A stretch of DNA of 64,000 bases from an uncultured Enterobacteriaceae bacterium (lineage in GTDB: Bacteria; Myxococcota_A; UBA9042): NCBI GenBank assembly GCA_964586155.1, contig CAZPHC010000004.1, forward strand, positions 130,527-194,526, read 5' to 3'. Positions within the stretch are counted from its first letter, which is position 1. Each line of letters opens with the position of its first letter. The position numbers were made by a program, and so were the translations under genes. Below the pieces are notes generated by a model, which saw only the letters and a program-made list of their open reading frames with translations, searched no databases and was not told where the DNA came from. This document shows positions 35,476 through 47,981 of this stretch, in pieces.

Positions 35476-36966
35476 TCAGCGGGCCATGCCGGGCGGCAGC
35501 GCGGGCAGGACTGCCACATCGGCCTCGGTCGACGCCATCGGCCAAACGCAGTAGTCGACGCTGGTCCAGCCTGCGGGCCGGTGGTTGCCGCTGAAGCCGA
35601 TGCCGCCAAACGGCTGCGTCGACAGCGCGCCGTTGGTCGGGCGGTTGCGGTTGACGATGCCCGCGCGCACGCGGCTGCGGAAGGTGTCGAACTGCGCCTC
35701 GTCGCCGCCGATCAACGCCGCCGAGAGCCCGTAGCGCGTCGCTGCCGCCACGCGCAGCGCCTGCTCGAACGAGTCGACACGCAGCACGTGCAGCAGGGGA
35801 CCGAAGACCTCCTCGTCGGGCAGCGCGGGGCCGAGTGCCGTCACGTCCAGCACGCCGGGCGACAGCGCTGCGGGCGACCAGGGCAGCCGCTGCATCGGCA
35901 GCAGCACCTGCGCCCCCCCCGCGACCCGCTGCTGCCAGGCGGCCCAGACGCGGTCGGCCGCGCCCGGATCGACGAGCGGGCCGCAGAAAGGCGCCGGATC
36001 TGCGGTCGCCGCCGCGATGTGCACGTTCGCGGCCGCCTCGACCACCGCCGCGACGACCGCGTCGCCGTCCGCGCCGTGCGGCACGATCAGGCGACGCGCG
36101 CTGGTGCAACGCTGGCCCGTGGTCAGCATCGACGAGAGCACGACCAGGCGGCCCAACACATCAGGATCGAGCGGCGGCTGCACCACCATCGGGTTGTTGC
36201 CGCCCATCTCGAGCGCCAGCATCACTTCGGTGCGCCCGGCGAGGGCGCGGTGGATCGCGCGACCCGCCTGCGAACTGCCGGTGAACGCGACACCATCGAT
36301 GCCGGGGTGCGCCACCAGCGCCTCGCCCGTGCCGCGATCGCCGGGCAGCAGCTGGACCGCCTCGGCCGGCAGCCCGGCGTCGAGCAGCAGCGAGACCATC
36401 GCCATCGACGACTGCGGCGCGTATTCGCTGGCCTTGAGCACCACGGTGTTGCCGGCGAGCAGGGCCGGGACCAGGTGGCCGTTCGGCAGGTGCAGCGGCA
36501 GGTTGTAGGGCACGAAGATCGCGAACACGCCGTGTGCCTGGTGGCGCACGGCGCCGCGGAAGCCGGCCTGCTGGCTGCTGGCGTCGGCGGCGCGCTCGGC
36601 GAAGGCCCGCACCGTCAGCTCCACCTTGCCCGCGATGGCGCCCGCCTCTTCGAGGCACTCCCAGCGCGGCTTGCCGACCTCGGCGGCGAGGATGTCCGCC
36701 AGCGCGTCCTTGTACTCGTTGGCCAACGCCGCGTACCGGCGCAGGATCGCCAGTCGTTCGTCGAAGGGCGTCGACGCCCAGGCCGGGAACGCGGCCTTGG
36801 CGCTGCAGACGGCGTCGTCCACCTGCGCGACGGTCGCGGCGCGGAAGGGCGGGCGATCCTCGCCCAAGGGCCCCCGCATGCGCAGCCAGCTGCCGTCGCC
36901 GCTCAGGCGCTGGCCAGCGATCCAGGCGGCGGCGAGTTCGTGGGTGTCGGTCTGGAGGGCATGCAT
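35476..36966 (-). CDS. astD: Aldehyde dehydrogenase, N-succinylglutamate-5-semialdehyde dehydrogenase-like
   Basis: Start at M82 (MHALQTDTHE), about 496 aa. ALDH Cys/Glu active-site context (FTGS, EMGGNNP, GQRCTS). Lies immediately downstream of astA. Confidence 0.75.
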   Translation of the reverse strand: MHALQTDTHELAAAWIAGQRLSGDGSWLRMRGPLGEDRPPFRAATVAQVDDAVCSAKAAFPAWASTPFDERLAILRRYAALANEYKDALADILAAEVGKPRWECLEEAGAIAGKVELTVRAFAERAADASSQQAGFRGAVRHQAHGVFAIFVPYNLPLHLPNGHLVPALLAGNTVVLKASEYAPQSSMAMVSLLLDAGLPAEAVQLLPGDRGTGEALVAHPGIDGVAFTGSSQAGRAIHRALAGRTEVMLALEMGGNNPMVVQPPLDPDVLGRLVVLSSMLTTGQRCTSARRLIVPHGADGDAVVAAVVEAAANVHIAAATADPAPFCGPLVDPGAADRVWAAWQQRVAGGAQVLLPMQRLPWSPAALSPGVLDVTALGPALPDEEVFGPLLHVLRVDSFEQALRVAAATRYGLSAALIGGDEAQFDTFRSRVRAGIVNRNRPTNGALSTQPFGGIGFSGNHRPAGWTSVDYCVWPMASTEADVAVLPALPPGMAR

Positions 36967-37039
36967 CAGGGCTCCGATCCCAGGCGTCCTGCCGACGCGC
37001 TGGCGAGGTGTGGCGCTGGCTGGGCAATCGTGGCGTCGT

Positions 37040-38098
37040 CTAGCTGGCGGCGCCCGTCGCGCCGCGTCGGCTCGCTGGCAGCGGGCAGACCCGCACCTTG
37101 GCGCCGGTGTCGATCTGCAGCGCGCGCATCGTCGCTGCGTCGAGGCCCACCGAGCCGTCGCTGGCTTGCCAGGCGACGCTGAGCACGGCGCGGAAGTCGC
37201 GCAGGCCACGGTTGCTGACCATGACCTGGCGGCCCTGGTACCCCGCCGCCGCGCCCACCGGCGCCGGGATGGCCGTCAGCACCTCGCTGGTCGCGATCGT
37301 GCGTACGGCGCCGACGTCGGCGATCAGCACCGGGCCAGCCTCGAAGGGGTCAAGCCAATCGGTCAGGCTGAAGCCCTCGTCCTTGAGGATGTCCATCGCC
37401 GGCAGCGTCGCCGGGTGGACCGCGCCGATCACGGCCTGCGCCGCCTTGGGCAGCAGGTCGACGAAGATCCGCTCGCGCGGCAGCAGGTGCTGGACAAAGC
37501 CGCGCACCGTATGGGTGTGCAGGTCGGCCTCGGGCAGGTCCATGCGGAAGAAGTGGCGGCCGAGCGCGTCCCAGAACGCCGAGCCGCCGTCCTCTTCGAT
37601 CCAGCCGCGCAGCTCGGCGATGACGCGATGCTCGAAGCGCAGGCGCTGGTCGGCCATGAACAAGAAGCGCGCCAGCGACAGGAACCGGCCGACGCCGAGG
37701 CCGCGCGCCGATGGGTCGAGCAGCAACGAACCGACCATCGCCGGGCCGTGCGGCAGCTCCAGCACCTCGAGCACCCGCACATCGCGCGGCATGTCGATCG
37801 CCGCGCCGATCCGCAACGAGTCGAGCCGGTAGGCGAAGTAGGGCACGTCGCCGCCGACCTGGCCGTAGCAGCCGGAGCAGCCCGCCATGCCGCTGCGCTC
37901 GTCGTCGAACAGGCCAAAGAGGTAAGCCGACTCCCAGCGCGGCAGGTCGGTGCGCTCCATCGACTCGAGGCTGGTCAGCACCCGGCGTTCGAGGATGGCG
38001 CGATCCTTGGGCAGCGACGTCATGCCGTGGTCGGCGCGCGCCACGAGCGTCACGAACGCGGGCAGGTCGTCCGTCTCCAAAGGTCGATACACGAACAT
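37040..38098 (-). CDS. astA: Arginine N-succinyltransferase
   Basis: Alignable to AstA end to end (FVYRPLETDDLPAF..., LRFEHRVIAELRG, FWDALGRHFF). Confidence 0.85.
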   Translation of the reverse strand: MFVYRPLETDDLPAFVTLVARADHGMTSLPKDRAILERRVLTSLESMERTDLPRWESAYLFGLFDDERSGMAGCSGCYGQVGGDVPYFAYRLDSLRIGAAIDMPRDVRVLEVLELPHGPAMVGSLLLDPSARGLGVGRFLSLARFLFMADQRLRFEHRVIAELRGWIEEDGGSAFWDALGRHFFRMDLPEADLHTHTVRGFVQHLLPRERIFVDLLPKAAQAVIGAVHPATLPAMDILKDEGFSLTDWLDPFEAGPVLIADVGAVRTIATSEVLTAIPAPVGAAAGYQGRQVMVSNRGLRDFRAVLSVAWQASDGSVGLDAATMRALQIDTGAKVRVCPLPASRRGATGAAS

Positions 38099-38146
38099 GG
38101 CGTCCCCCCGATCCTGGTTGCGACGTGCCGCGCGGTCAGGCCGCGA

Positions 38147-39574
38147 TCAGCCCGGAATTCCGGCCTCGGCGGCGACCTGGGCCATCGTCGCCTCGAGGAT
38201 CGCCGCGGCGGCGTCGATCTCGGCGTCCGTCACCACGAGCAGCGGCGGCAGGAAGCGCAGGCGCGTCGGCTCGGCGCCGGCGTTGAAGCCGAGCAGGCCG
38301 TTGTCGTAGAGCTTCATCAGCAGCTTGTTCGCGAGCTTGCCGTCGCCGCCGAAGGGCGTGAACCCGACCATCGCGCCGACGCCGAACGGGCCCTCGACCC
38401 AGCCGGGGTGCCGCGCCGCGATCTGCTGCAGGTGCGAGACGAAACGGTCGTGGATCGCGCTGTTGCGGCCGTTCGGGCCGTAGAAGCCGCCGTCGCGCAG
38501 GCCGACGATCACCTCGAGGCCGACGCGGATCGCCGCCGACGAGCCGGTGAAGGTCTGGCTGAGCAGGCCGGCGCCGGGGTTGATCGCGGCGGTGTAGAGC
38601 GTGGCGCAGACCTGGCTCAGCTTGCCGATCGTCACGACGTCGACCAGGTCGTCGAGGCCGTAGTGCTGGAACGCGAACATCTGCGAGGTGCGGCCGAACG
38701 ATTGGATCTCGTCGACCAGCACGCCGACGCCGTGGGCGCGGCAGACCGTCAGCAGCTCGCGGAAGAATTCGCTGGTGCCGGTGTAGTAGCCGCCTTCGCC
38801 CTGGACCAGCTCGAGCAGGAACATCGCGTGCTGGCCCTTGTAGCGCTCGAGGTGGCGCTTGAGCACGGTGACGGCGTGGCGGGTGCTCGCCTCGGGCTTG
38901 CTCGGATCGAAGAACGGCACGTAGTCGACGTCGACGGTCTTGGGCACGCCGACGCGGTACGCCGCCTTGTCCGTGACCCAGCTCATTCCGAGGGTGCGGC
39001 CGGCGAAGCAGTGCGAGAACGCGAGGATGCGCGTCGCCGGGGCCTTGGCCTGGAACAGGATCTTGGCGCCGTTCTCGTTCGCCATCGCGCCCGTCGTCGA
39101 CAGGAAGCAATGGGCGAAGCGCGCCTTGCCGTCGACCGGGCTGGCGAAGCGGTTGGCCTCGGCCAGCAGCGTCTCGGACAGCGTCAGGCTCTCGGGGTTC
39201 TGCTGCAGGTTGCCCTGCATCACGGTGTCGCCGAGGGCGCTGTCGAGCCGGGCGTCGAGCATCTGCAGCGGGCTGTGGCCGAACGGATGCGCGCCGATGC
39301 CGCCGATGAAGTCGAGTTTGACCGAGCCGTCGGCCAGCTCGACCCAGGCGCCGTGACCCAGGCCGGAGCCGAGGTACGGGAAGAACAGGCCGCGACCGCG
39401 GGCCGCGGCGAAGCGATCGAGCATCGCTGCGTAGTCGCCGGCCAGGGCGGGATCCGCAGGCGTCGGCGTCGCCGGCAGCGCTTGGGTGTGGTCCTGCAGC
39501 GCCGCGTGCAGCAGGGCGCGGGCCTGGGCGACGCGCGGATCGTCGAGCAGCGCGGCAAATCGGGTCTGGTTCAT
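38147..39574 (-). CDS. Class-III PLP-dependent aminotransferase (astC-like position; longer than canonical AstC/ArgD)
   Basis: Start at M49 with AGGAG 6 nt upstream. Class-III aminotransferase motifs are present: DFIGGIGAHPFGHSP and VDEIQSFGRT. Confidence 0.75.
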   Translation of the reverse strand: MNQTRFAALLDDPRVAQARALLHAALQDHTQALPATPTPADPALAGDYAAMLDRFAAARGRGLFFPYLGSGLGHGAWVELADGSVKLDFIGGIGAHPFGHSPLQMLDARLDSALGDTVMQGNLQQNPESLTLSETLLAEANRFASPVDGKARFAHCFLSTTGAMANENGAKILFQAKAPATRILAFSHCFAGRTLGMSWVTDKAAYRVGVPKTVDVDYVPFFDPSKPEASTRHAVTVLKRHLERYKGQHAMFLLELVQGEGGYYTGTSEFFRELLTVCRAHGVGVLVDEIQSFGRTSQMFAFQHYGLDDLVDVVTIGKLSQVCATLYTAAINPGAGLLSQTFTGSSAAIRVGLEVIVGLRDGGFYGPNGRNSAIHDRFVSHLQQIAARHPGWVEGPFGVGAMVGFTPFGGDGKLANKLLMKLYDNGLLGFNAGAEPTRLRFLPPLLVVTDAEIDAAAAILEATMAQVAAEAGIPG

Positions 39575-39713
39575 GGGGCGCTCCTGAGGTGCCCGCCCCG
39601 GCCAAGCGCGGGGCGACTCTGGCGCTCTGCTACCGCATCGTGGCGTCGGACGCCAGACCAGAGTCATCGACCCGCGAAGCGTCAAAAATGGCCGCACCAT
39701 CTTGTCACGGAGT

Positions 39714-39731
39714 GTCATCTAGAGGCATGAC
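39714..39731. promoter_or_regulatory. Palindrome GTCAT-CTAGAGGC-ATGAC in the AT-richer divergent promoter between the astC-like gene and the acyl-CoA dehydrogenase gene
   Basis: Seen in the sequence. The flanking tract tgtcacggagtgtcat carries a TGTCA direct repeat. Confidence 0.35.
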
Positions 39732-39779
39732 GCAGGGGCCGCGCGCTGGCGGCACCCTCCACCACCCACCGGAGCCGCG

Positions 39780-41597
39780 ATGAGCAACGAGCACCATTAC
39801 AAAGCAAACCTCCGCGACATCTACTTCAACCTCTTTGAAGTGCTGAAGATTCAGGAGACGAGCCTCGGACATGGTCCCTTCGTGATGGAGGAGGACGACG
39901 TTCGCGGCGCGATCGACGCCATGGCCGAGATGGCCGAGGGCCCCTACGCCCAGGGCTTCGCCTCTGCCGATCGCGAGGGCCTGCAGTTCGATGGCAAGGG
40001 CAACGTCAAGGTTCCAAAGGGGGTTCGCGAGTCGCTGAAGGCGTATTTCGACGCCGATTGGCACCTGCTCGAGACCGCGCCCGAGCTCGGTGGCTATGGC
40101 GCGCCGCCGTCGGTCTCGTGGTCGGGCTTCGAGTTGCTCGCGGGTGCGCACGCCGCGGCGACCTTCTACCTGCTCGGCGCGGTCAACGCGCGCGTGATCG
40201 CGGCCAACGGCACGCCGAGCCAGGTCGATCGCTTCGCCCGCAACGCGATCAAGCGCAAGTGGACCGGCACCATGTGCCTGACCGAGCCCGACGCCGGCAG
40301 CGACGTCGGCGAGGCGCGCAGCAGCGCCGTGCACCACGAGGGCGACGTCTGGAAGCTCTCGGGCACCAAGCGCTTCATCACCAACGGCGACGCCGACAAC
40401 TTCGAAAACGTGCTGCACCTCGTGCTGGCGCGGCCCGAGGGCGCTGGCGTCGGCACCAAGGGCCTGAGCATGTTCATCGTGCCGAAGTTCCTGGTGAACG
40501 ACGACGGAACGCCGGGCGCGCGCAACGGCATGTGGGTCAGCAAGATCGAAGAGAAGATGGGCCTGCACGCCTCGGCGACCTGCGAGATGGTCATGGGCGA
40601 CGATCGCGGCCCTTGCTACGGCTGGCTCGTCGGCGAGAAGCACGACGGCATCCGCCAGATGTTCCAGGTCATCGAGTACGCGCGCATGGCCGTCGGCTAC
40701 AAGAGCTTCGCGACCTTGTCGACCGCGTACCTCAACGCCCGCCAGTATGCGAGTGAGCGCATCCAGGGCCCGGATCTGGCCCAGGCCACCGACAAGCACG
40801 CGCCGCGCGTCGCCATCCTGCGCCACCCGGACGTGCGCCGGATGCTGATGGCGCAGAAGGCGACCGCCGAGGGCCTGCGCGCGATGGCGATGTACACCGC
40901 CTGGGTCCAGGACCAGGTCGAGATCCTCGGTGGCCACGGCGAGGACGCCGCCGACGGCATGGATCGCCGCAACGACCTGCTGCTGCCGCTGGTCAAGGGC
41001 TACGGCTCCGAGAAGGCCTGGGAGATGCTGACGCTGAGCCTGCAGACCCTCGGCGGCTCCGGCTACGTCGCCGACTACCCGATGGAGCAGTACCTGCGCG
41101 ACCAGAAGATCGACACGCTCTACGAGGGCACGACGCACATCCAATCGCTCGATCTGCTCTTCCGCAAGATCGCCCGCGACGGCGGCCAGACGTTCGGTGC
41201 GCTGCTCGAGGAGATCAAGGCGACGGTCGATGCGGCCGGCGATCCCGCGCTCGCCGCGGCGCGGGCCCGCCTGGGGCGCGCGCTCGCCGACATGGAGGGC
41301 CTGTTCGGCGCGATGATGGCCAAGATGGAGGAGTCCATCTACCACGTGGGCCTGAACTCCAACCGCATCCTGTTCGCCGTGGCCGAGCTGATCATCGGCT
41401 GGCGCCTGGTGGTCGGCGCCGACGTCGCCGCCGCGGCGCTGGCCAACGCGGGCCGCAAGGACAAGGGCTTCTACCAGGGCAAGATCGCCGTGGCCGATTG
41501 GTGGGCGGCGCAGGTGCTGCCGAACCTGACGCTGACGCGCAAGCTGATGGAGGCGAGCGACCTCTCGCTGATGGAGTTGGCCGACGAGGCGTTCTGA
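39780..41597 (+). CDS. Acyl-CoA dehydrogenase (long form, ~600 aa)
   Basis: ACAD middle- and C-terminal-domain motifs (CLTEPDAGSD..., YEGTTHIQ). GGAG 6 nt upstream. Confidence 0.85.
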   Translation: MSNEHHYKANLRDIYFNLFEVLKIQETSLGHGPFVMEEDDVRGAIDAMAEMAEGPYAQGFASADREGLQFDGKGNVKVPKGVRESLKAYFDADWHLLETAPELGGYGAPPSVSWSGFELLAGAHAAATFYLLGAVNARVIAANGTPSQVDRFARNAIKRKWTGTMCLTEPDAGSDVGEARSSAVHHEGDVWKLSGTKRFITNGDADNFENVLHLVLARPEGAGVGTKGLSMFIVPKFLVNDDGTPGARNGMWVSKIEEKMGLHASATCEMVMGDDRGPCYGWLVGEKHDGIRQMFQVIEYARMAVGYKSFATLSTAYLNARQYASERIQGPDLAQATDKHAPRVAILRHPDVRRMLMAQKATAEGLRAMAMYTAWVQDQVEILGGHGEDAADGMDRRNDLLLPLVKGYGSEKAWEMLTLSLQTLGGSGYVADYPMEQYLRDQKIDTLYEGTTHIQSLDLLFRKIARDGGQTFGALLEEIKATVDAAGDPALAAARARLGRALADMEGLFGAMMAKMEESIYHVGLNSNRILFAVAELIIGWRLVVGADVAAAALANAGRKDKGFYQGKIAVADWWAAQVLPNLTLTRKLMEASDLSLMELADEAF

Positions 41598-41627
41598 GCC
41601 TCGCCGCGCGTGGGCCGTGATAGCCGC

Positions 41628-42974
41628 CTAGGCCCGCGTGTCGGCGTCTGCGGCGTCGTCTTCGGCGTCGTCTGCGGCGTCGTCTGCGGCGTCGTCCTCG
41701 TTCGCCCCGCGTGGCGTGGGCAAGAACGGCACGATGCCGAGCGGCAGCAGCGACAGCAGCAAGCCGGCCGCGATCACGGGCACATAGCCCGTGGCCTCCG
41801 CGACGGCGCCGGCGATCCAGGGCCCAGGTGCCTTGCCCAGCACCTCGATCGCCGCGAGCGCCGTGTAGTGGCTCGCGCCGATGCGCCGATCCACCGACGC
41901 CATCATCCAGGCGAAGATCGTCGTCGTCAGCGCGCCGCCGGCGGCGTGTTCGAGCGCGGTGACGACCGCGAGCGTCGATTCGTTGACGCCGAACACCGCG
42001 ATCGCCAACGTCATCCCCAGCGGCAGCGCGCGCAGCACCAGCGTCGTCGCCAACGCACGGCTGGCGCCCTGGCTAGCGAACAACCAGCCGCCGAACGCCG
42101 AGCCGAGCAGGCCCGCGCCCATGCCGACCGTGCCGACCCACATGCCGATGGCGCTGGCGCCGATGCCGGCGTCGACCAGCATCGGCTTGAACAGCATGTC
42201 GATCATCGACTCGCCGAGCTTGTAGCTGCCGATCAGCAACAGCAGGGGCCGCGCCGGCCTGGCCTTGACCACGCGCAGCAGCGTCGCCAGGACCTCGCGC
42301 ACCGCGACGCGTCGGCGGACAGAGCGGGCGTCGGCCGCGCCCGGGCCGTGGCCGCGTGGATCGCGATGTCGCTCGCCCGTCGCGGTCGCAGCGACGATCA
42401 GGCAGCCGAGCTGGATCACCGCCATGCCGACAAAGAGCGCGGCCCAGCCGGCGCGGCCGGCCAGCCAGACCAGCAGGCCACCGCCGGTCATCATGCCGAT
42501 CTTGTAGCCGACGACCTGCGCGCTGTTGCCCCAGCCCAACTCGTTCGGCCGCAGCAGGTCGACCGCGAAGCCGTCGGTGGCGATGTCCTGGGTGGCCGCC
42601 CAGATGTTCATCGCCAGCACGCAGCCGAGCAGGGCCGCGGTGTGCTGGCTCGGGTCCAGCTGCGACGCGACCAGGCAGGTGACGACCTGCAGCGCCTGCA
42701 TCGCGACCAGCCAGCTGCGTCGTCGACCGAGGCCGAGCAGGTCCACGGCGTCGACCCAGGGCGACCAGAGCGGTTTGAGCGCCCAGGGTAGGGCCAGCAA
42801 GCTCGCAAATCCCAACATCTGCAACGAGGCGCCAGCCTCGCGCAGCTGCACGGGCAGGGCGGTCGCCTGGAAGCCGAACGGGACGCCCTGGCCGATGTAG
42901 AGCGCGGCGAGAATTGCGATCTTCCGGGCGTTCGCGGCGGCACTGGCGCGTGCCGGGGTGTCTGCGTCCACCAT
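41628..42974 (-). CDS. ampG: MFS transporter, AmpG-like (muropeptide permease family), with acidic C-terminal tail
   Basis: Start at M37 with GGGAGGGG 3 nt upstream. LYIGQGVPFGF is AmpG-like and 12 TMs are predicted. The C-terminus is ANEDDAADDAADDAEDDAADADTRA. Confidence 0.7.
   Translation of the reverse strand: MVDADTPARASAAANARKIAILAALYIGQGVPFGFQATALPVQLREAGASLQMLGFASLLALPWALKPLWSPWVDAVDLLGLGRRRSWLVAMQALQVVTCLVASQLDPSQHTAALLGCVLAMNIWAATQDIATDGFAVDLLRPNELGWGNSAQVVGYKIGMMTGGGLLVWLAGRAGWAALFVGMAVIQLGCLIVAATATGERHRDPRGHGPGAADARSVRRRVAVREVLATLLRVVKARPARPLLLLIGSYKLGESMIDMLFKPMLVDAGIGASAIGMWVGTVGMGAGLLGSAFGGWLFASQGASRALATTLVLRALPLGMTLAIAVFGVNESTLAVVTALEHAAGGALTTTIFAWMMASVDRRIGASHYTALAAIEVLGKAPGPWIAGAVAEATGYVPVIAAGLLLSLLPLGIVPFLPTPRGANEDDAADDAADDAEDDAADADTRA
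41640..41700 (-). repeat. Tandem 15-bp repeat (GGCGTCGTCTGCGGC-like) encoding the acidic C-terminal tail of the AmpG-like transporter
   Basis: The sequence ggcgtctgcggcgtcgtcttcggcgtcgtctgcggcgtcgtctgcggcgtcgtcctcg contains about 3.5 copies. Confidence 0.7.
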
Positions 42975-43137
42975 CTTCCCCTCCCTTGGCTGGCCTCGGC
43001 ACCGCCCGCGCTGCTGCGCCCCTGGCGAGCGTGACTTTCGGACCGGAACGATGGTATTTTTGCGGACTGTGTTCGGCACCACGATGGTCCCGAGCGTGCG
43101 TTCCCCGACCGTGGACCGTCATGCCAGGAACACCGCC

Positions 43138-44652
<1,515 letters not shown>

Positions 44653-44755
44653 TCGCCGCGCGACGCCGGGCACGCCGGCCGGACGCTCTGGCTGGCCGAC
44701 GCCTGCCAACGCCTGCGCGGACCGCAGCAGGCACTCCCCGAACGAGGCGACGACG

Positions 44756-47700
44756 ATGCCACCCCCGCCCAACGAGACCGCGACAAGCCGCGCCGCGCTC
44801 GCCACGGGCGCTGCGTTGGGGGCGGGTCTGATCGTCGCCGGCTGCGCGTTCGTCGCGCCCGCGGCCGTGACCGCGGCGGTGGCCGTTGTCGCGTCCGTCG
44901 CGGCGTCGTGGGCCATCCGGCGCGCCGTGCAGCCGTCAGGTGGTGCTGTTGCTGCCCTGAAGCCCGAGATCGCCGCCGATGTGGCGCCGGCGGCGCCGGA
45001 CGAGCTGCGGCCGCGCAAGCTGGCCCTGCGCGACACCAACACCTTCGACCTGCCGGCGGCCTTGCGCTCGACGGCCCCGGCCACGGCGGCGGCGATGCCA
45101 GCCGCGTCGTCAGCCGTGTCGCCAGCCGTGCCGTCAGCCGCCTCGTCAGCCGCATCGCCGGCTGCAGCATCCGCCGCGTCGCCTGCGTCGCCTGCGACCG
45201 CTGCGACGGCTGTGGCGCTGCCGCCGCGCCCGACCGGGCTCTCGGGCGGCGTCGAAGTGCCGGCGCTCCGCATGTCCGCCCTGCCGCCGCGCAGCCCCTC
45301 GGGGGTCACCGCGGTCGAAGGCGGCAGCAGCGCGGCGCGCGAGGACGTCTCGAACGCCGCCCGCGCCGCCCTCGCCGCGCAGACCGAGTTCGTCGCGCGG
45401 ATGAGCCACGAGCTGCGCACGCCGATGCACGGCGTCATCGGCATGGCGGGGCTGCTGCTCGACACGCGGCTGGACGCCGAGCAGCGCGAATGGGTCGATA
45501 CGATCCGCACCTCGGCGAATGCGCTGCTGTTGGTGGTCAACGATATCCTGGACTTCTCGAAGGCAGACGCCGACCAGATCCTGCTCGACGCCGTCGACTT
45601 CGATCCGAACGCGCTCGCCGGCGACGTCGTGCGCCTGCTCGCGCCCCTGGCCCATGAGCGGCACCTCGATCTCGTGCTGCTGCGCGACGCCACGTTGCCC
45701 GGCCGCCTGGTCGGCGACCCCGGGCGGCTGCGCCAGGTGCTGATGAACCTCGTCGGCAACGCCATCAAGTTCACCGAGACCGGCCGTGTCGAGGTCGAGC
45801 TGCACCTGGTCGGCGGCGGCGTGGCGCCTGGCGAGCTCGTCGAGCTCCAGTTCACGATCCGCGACACGGGTATCGGCATCGCGCCCGACGCGCTCGAGCT
45901 GATCTTCCGGCCATTTGCCCAGGCCGACAGCTCGACCACGCGGCGCTTTGGCGGCACCGGTCTCGGGCTCGCGATCAGCCAGCAGATCGTGCGCAAGATG
46001 GGCGGGGAGATCACGGTCGACTCGACCCTGCACCGAGGCAGCACCTTCCGCTTCTGTGTCTCGCTGCCCGTTGCGCAGCCCGCACCCGCCTGGATCGCGC
46101 CCGAAGACGCCGCCGGCGCGGGCCTCAGCGGCCGCAGAGCCCTGCTGCTGGTCGAGGACGACCGGCCGTTCCGCGATGTGCTCGCGATGCTCGAAGCCCA
46201 CGGGGTCGACGTCACCATCGCGCGCGGCCGCGACAACCTGCACGCCACGCTCGCCGCGGGCATCCACGGCAGGCGGCCCTTCGAGCTGCTGGTCGTCGAC
46301 GCGGCGAGCGCCAACGAGCTGACCCTGGACGTCGCGCGCGGCCTCGCGACGGCCGCCCTCGAGCCCGCACCCGTGGTCGCGCTGCTCACCGACGAAGAGA
46401 CGCCGGGCGCCAGCAAGGCCGTCGAACTTGCGGGCTATACGCTCTGGTTGTCGCGACCTCTCGACCGCGAGCTGCTCGGCGATGGTCTCGTCGGGGCCTT
46501 CGCCAGCGCGGGCGCCAAGCGGCGCACGGGGCGCAAGGCGACGTTCATGGTCACGCGGCATCAGGTCGTCGAGGCGCGGGCGGCCAGCCGGCCCCGCGTG
46601 CTGCTGGCCGAGGACAACCGGGTCAACCAACTCATCGGCGTGCGGCTGCTCGAGCGCGCCGGGCTCGAGGTCGACGTCGTCAGCGACGGTGGCGCGGCGC
46701 TCGCGGCCGTCGACCGGCATCGCTATGACGCCGTCTTCCTCGACCTGCAGATGCCCGTGCTGGACGGCCTGCAGGTCGCGCGCAAGCTGCGCGCCGCCGA
46801 GCTGCCTGGCAGCCACCTGCCGATCATCGCCATGACGGCGAGCGCGCTCGAGCGCGACAAGATCGCCGCAGCCGAGGCTGGCATGGACGACCACCTCGGC
46901 AAGCCGGTCGAGCCGGCGGCCCTGCAGCGGGTGCTCCAGCGCTGGCTCGCGCCGCCGCGTCCGTCCGGGGGCGGCGCTCCGACGAGCCGGGCACCATCGC
47001 TGCCGTCGGGCAAGGGCACAGTGGTCACGCCGTTCCCGGACGCCCTGCGCGAGGCGCTGGATCCGACCAGCACGCCGCCGTTCAGCCCCGCCGCCACCGG
47101 CTCGGTGGCGTGGCGCGACGTCCGACCAGCGTCCGGGCTCTGGCAGGCCGCGACCGGCGACCTCAGCGCCCGCGTGCCGACGTTCTTCGGCCCCGACGAG
47201 GGCGTGCGCCATCAGCCGTCGTTGCGGCCGGTCCAGTTGACCGCCACGGCGCGCAACAGCACGCCGCTGCGGATCCCCATGTTCGGCCGCGAGAGCGAGG
47301 AGCCGCGGACGAGTGGACCGACAGGGGCGCCGCGGGGGGCACCGGCTGCTGCTGCACCGGCTGCTGCTGCACCGCCCGCTGCACCGCCCGCTGCACCGCA
47401 CGATCCATCGCCTCCGCGGTCCGATGCCTCGTTGCCCATCGACACCGTCGCCTTGGCGCAGCTGCGGCGCGCTGGCGGCCAGGACGTCGTGCGGGTCGCG
47501 ATCGACCTCTTCCTCGAGTCCGCCGACGAGGGCTTGATCGAGCTCCGTGCTGCGCGCGACGCGGCCGACACAGCCGGATTTGCTGCGCTCGCCCACCGGA
47601 TGCGCGGCGCCGCCGGCAGCGTCGGGGCGCAGCGCTTCGCCGCGGCGTTGACGGCCATCGAAGACGACCCGGCGACCGCCCTCGCCACGGCCAGCACGCT

Positions 47701-47863
47701 CGCCGACCTCAGCCGCGAGCTCGAGGCGGCGCGCACCGCGCTGACGGCGTACCGGCGCATGGACTCTGGCACCTACAGCCCGCTGCCCGTCACGCCGGCG
47801 CGGTCTCGCGCGGAATTCGGCGCCGAGCCGCCCGATCCCGGGCCGCTGGATGACGCTTGGTGA
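44756..47863 (+). CDS. Hybrid sensor histidine kinase (2 TM, Ala/Ser/Pro-rich linker, HisKA, HATPase, REC, REC, Hpt)
   Basis: H-box [13 protein letters not shown]-boxes GTGLGLAI, a D-poor first REC (LLVEDD), a second REC ([11 protein letters not shown]...[14 protein letters not shown]), and Hpt [15 protein letters not shown]. Confidence 0.8.
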   Translation: MPPPPNETATSRAALATGAALGAGLIVAGCAFVAPAAVTAAVAVVASVAASWAIRRAVQPSGGAVAALKPEIAADVAPAAPDELRPRKLALRDTNTFDLPAALRSTAPATAAAMPAASSAVSPAVPSAASSAASPAAASAASPASPATAATAVALPPRPTGLSGGVEVPALRMSALPPRSPSGVTAVEGGSSAAREDVSNAARAALAAQTEFVARMSHELRTPMHGVIGMAGLLLDTRLDAEQREWVDTIRTSANALLLVVNDILDFSKADADQILLDAVDFDPNALAGDVVRLLAPLAHERHLDLVLLRDATLPGRLVGDPGRLRQVLMNLVGNAIKFTETGRVEVELHLVGGGVAPGELVELQFTIRDTGIGIAPDALELIFRPFAQADSSTTRRFGGTGLGLAISQQIVRKMGGEITVDSTLHRGSTFRFCVSLPVAQPAPAWIAPEDAAGAGLSGRRALLLVEDDRPFRDVLAMLEAHGVDVTIARGRDNLHATLAAGIHGRRPFELLVVDAASANELTLDVARGLATAALEPAPVVALLTDEETPGASKAVELAGYTLWLSRPLDRELLGDGLVGAFASAGAKRRTGRKATFMVTRHQVVEARAASRPRVLLAEDNRVNQLIGVRLLERAGLEVDVVSDGGAALAAVDRHRYDAVFLDLQMPVLDGLQVARKLRAAELPGSHLPIIAMTASALERDKIAAAEAGMDDHLGKPVEPAALQRVLQRWLAPPRPSGGGAPTSRAPSLPSGKGTVVTPFPDALREALDPTSTPPFSPAATGSVAWRDVRPASGLWQAATGDLSARVPTFFGPDEGVRHQPSLRPVQLTATARNSTPLRIPMFGRESEEPRTSGPTGAPRGAPAAAAPAAAAPPAAPPAAPHDPSPPRSDASLPIDTVALAQLRRAGGQDVVRVAIDLFLESADEGLIELRAARDAADTAGFAALAHRMRGAAGSVGAQRFAAALTAIEDDPATALATASTLADLSRELEAARTALTAYRRMDSGTYSPLPVTPARSRAEFGAEPPDPGPLDDAW

Positions 47864-47981
47864 GGATGCCGATTTCACGGACCCTGCGCGTGCGGCATCC
47901 AAGGACATGAGCTCGCGCACGCTGCCCATCGCCGCCTCGCTCCCACCGCAACGCCCCGCTGGCCGGGCGCGCGAGACCTCG

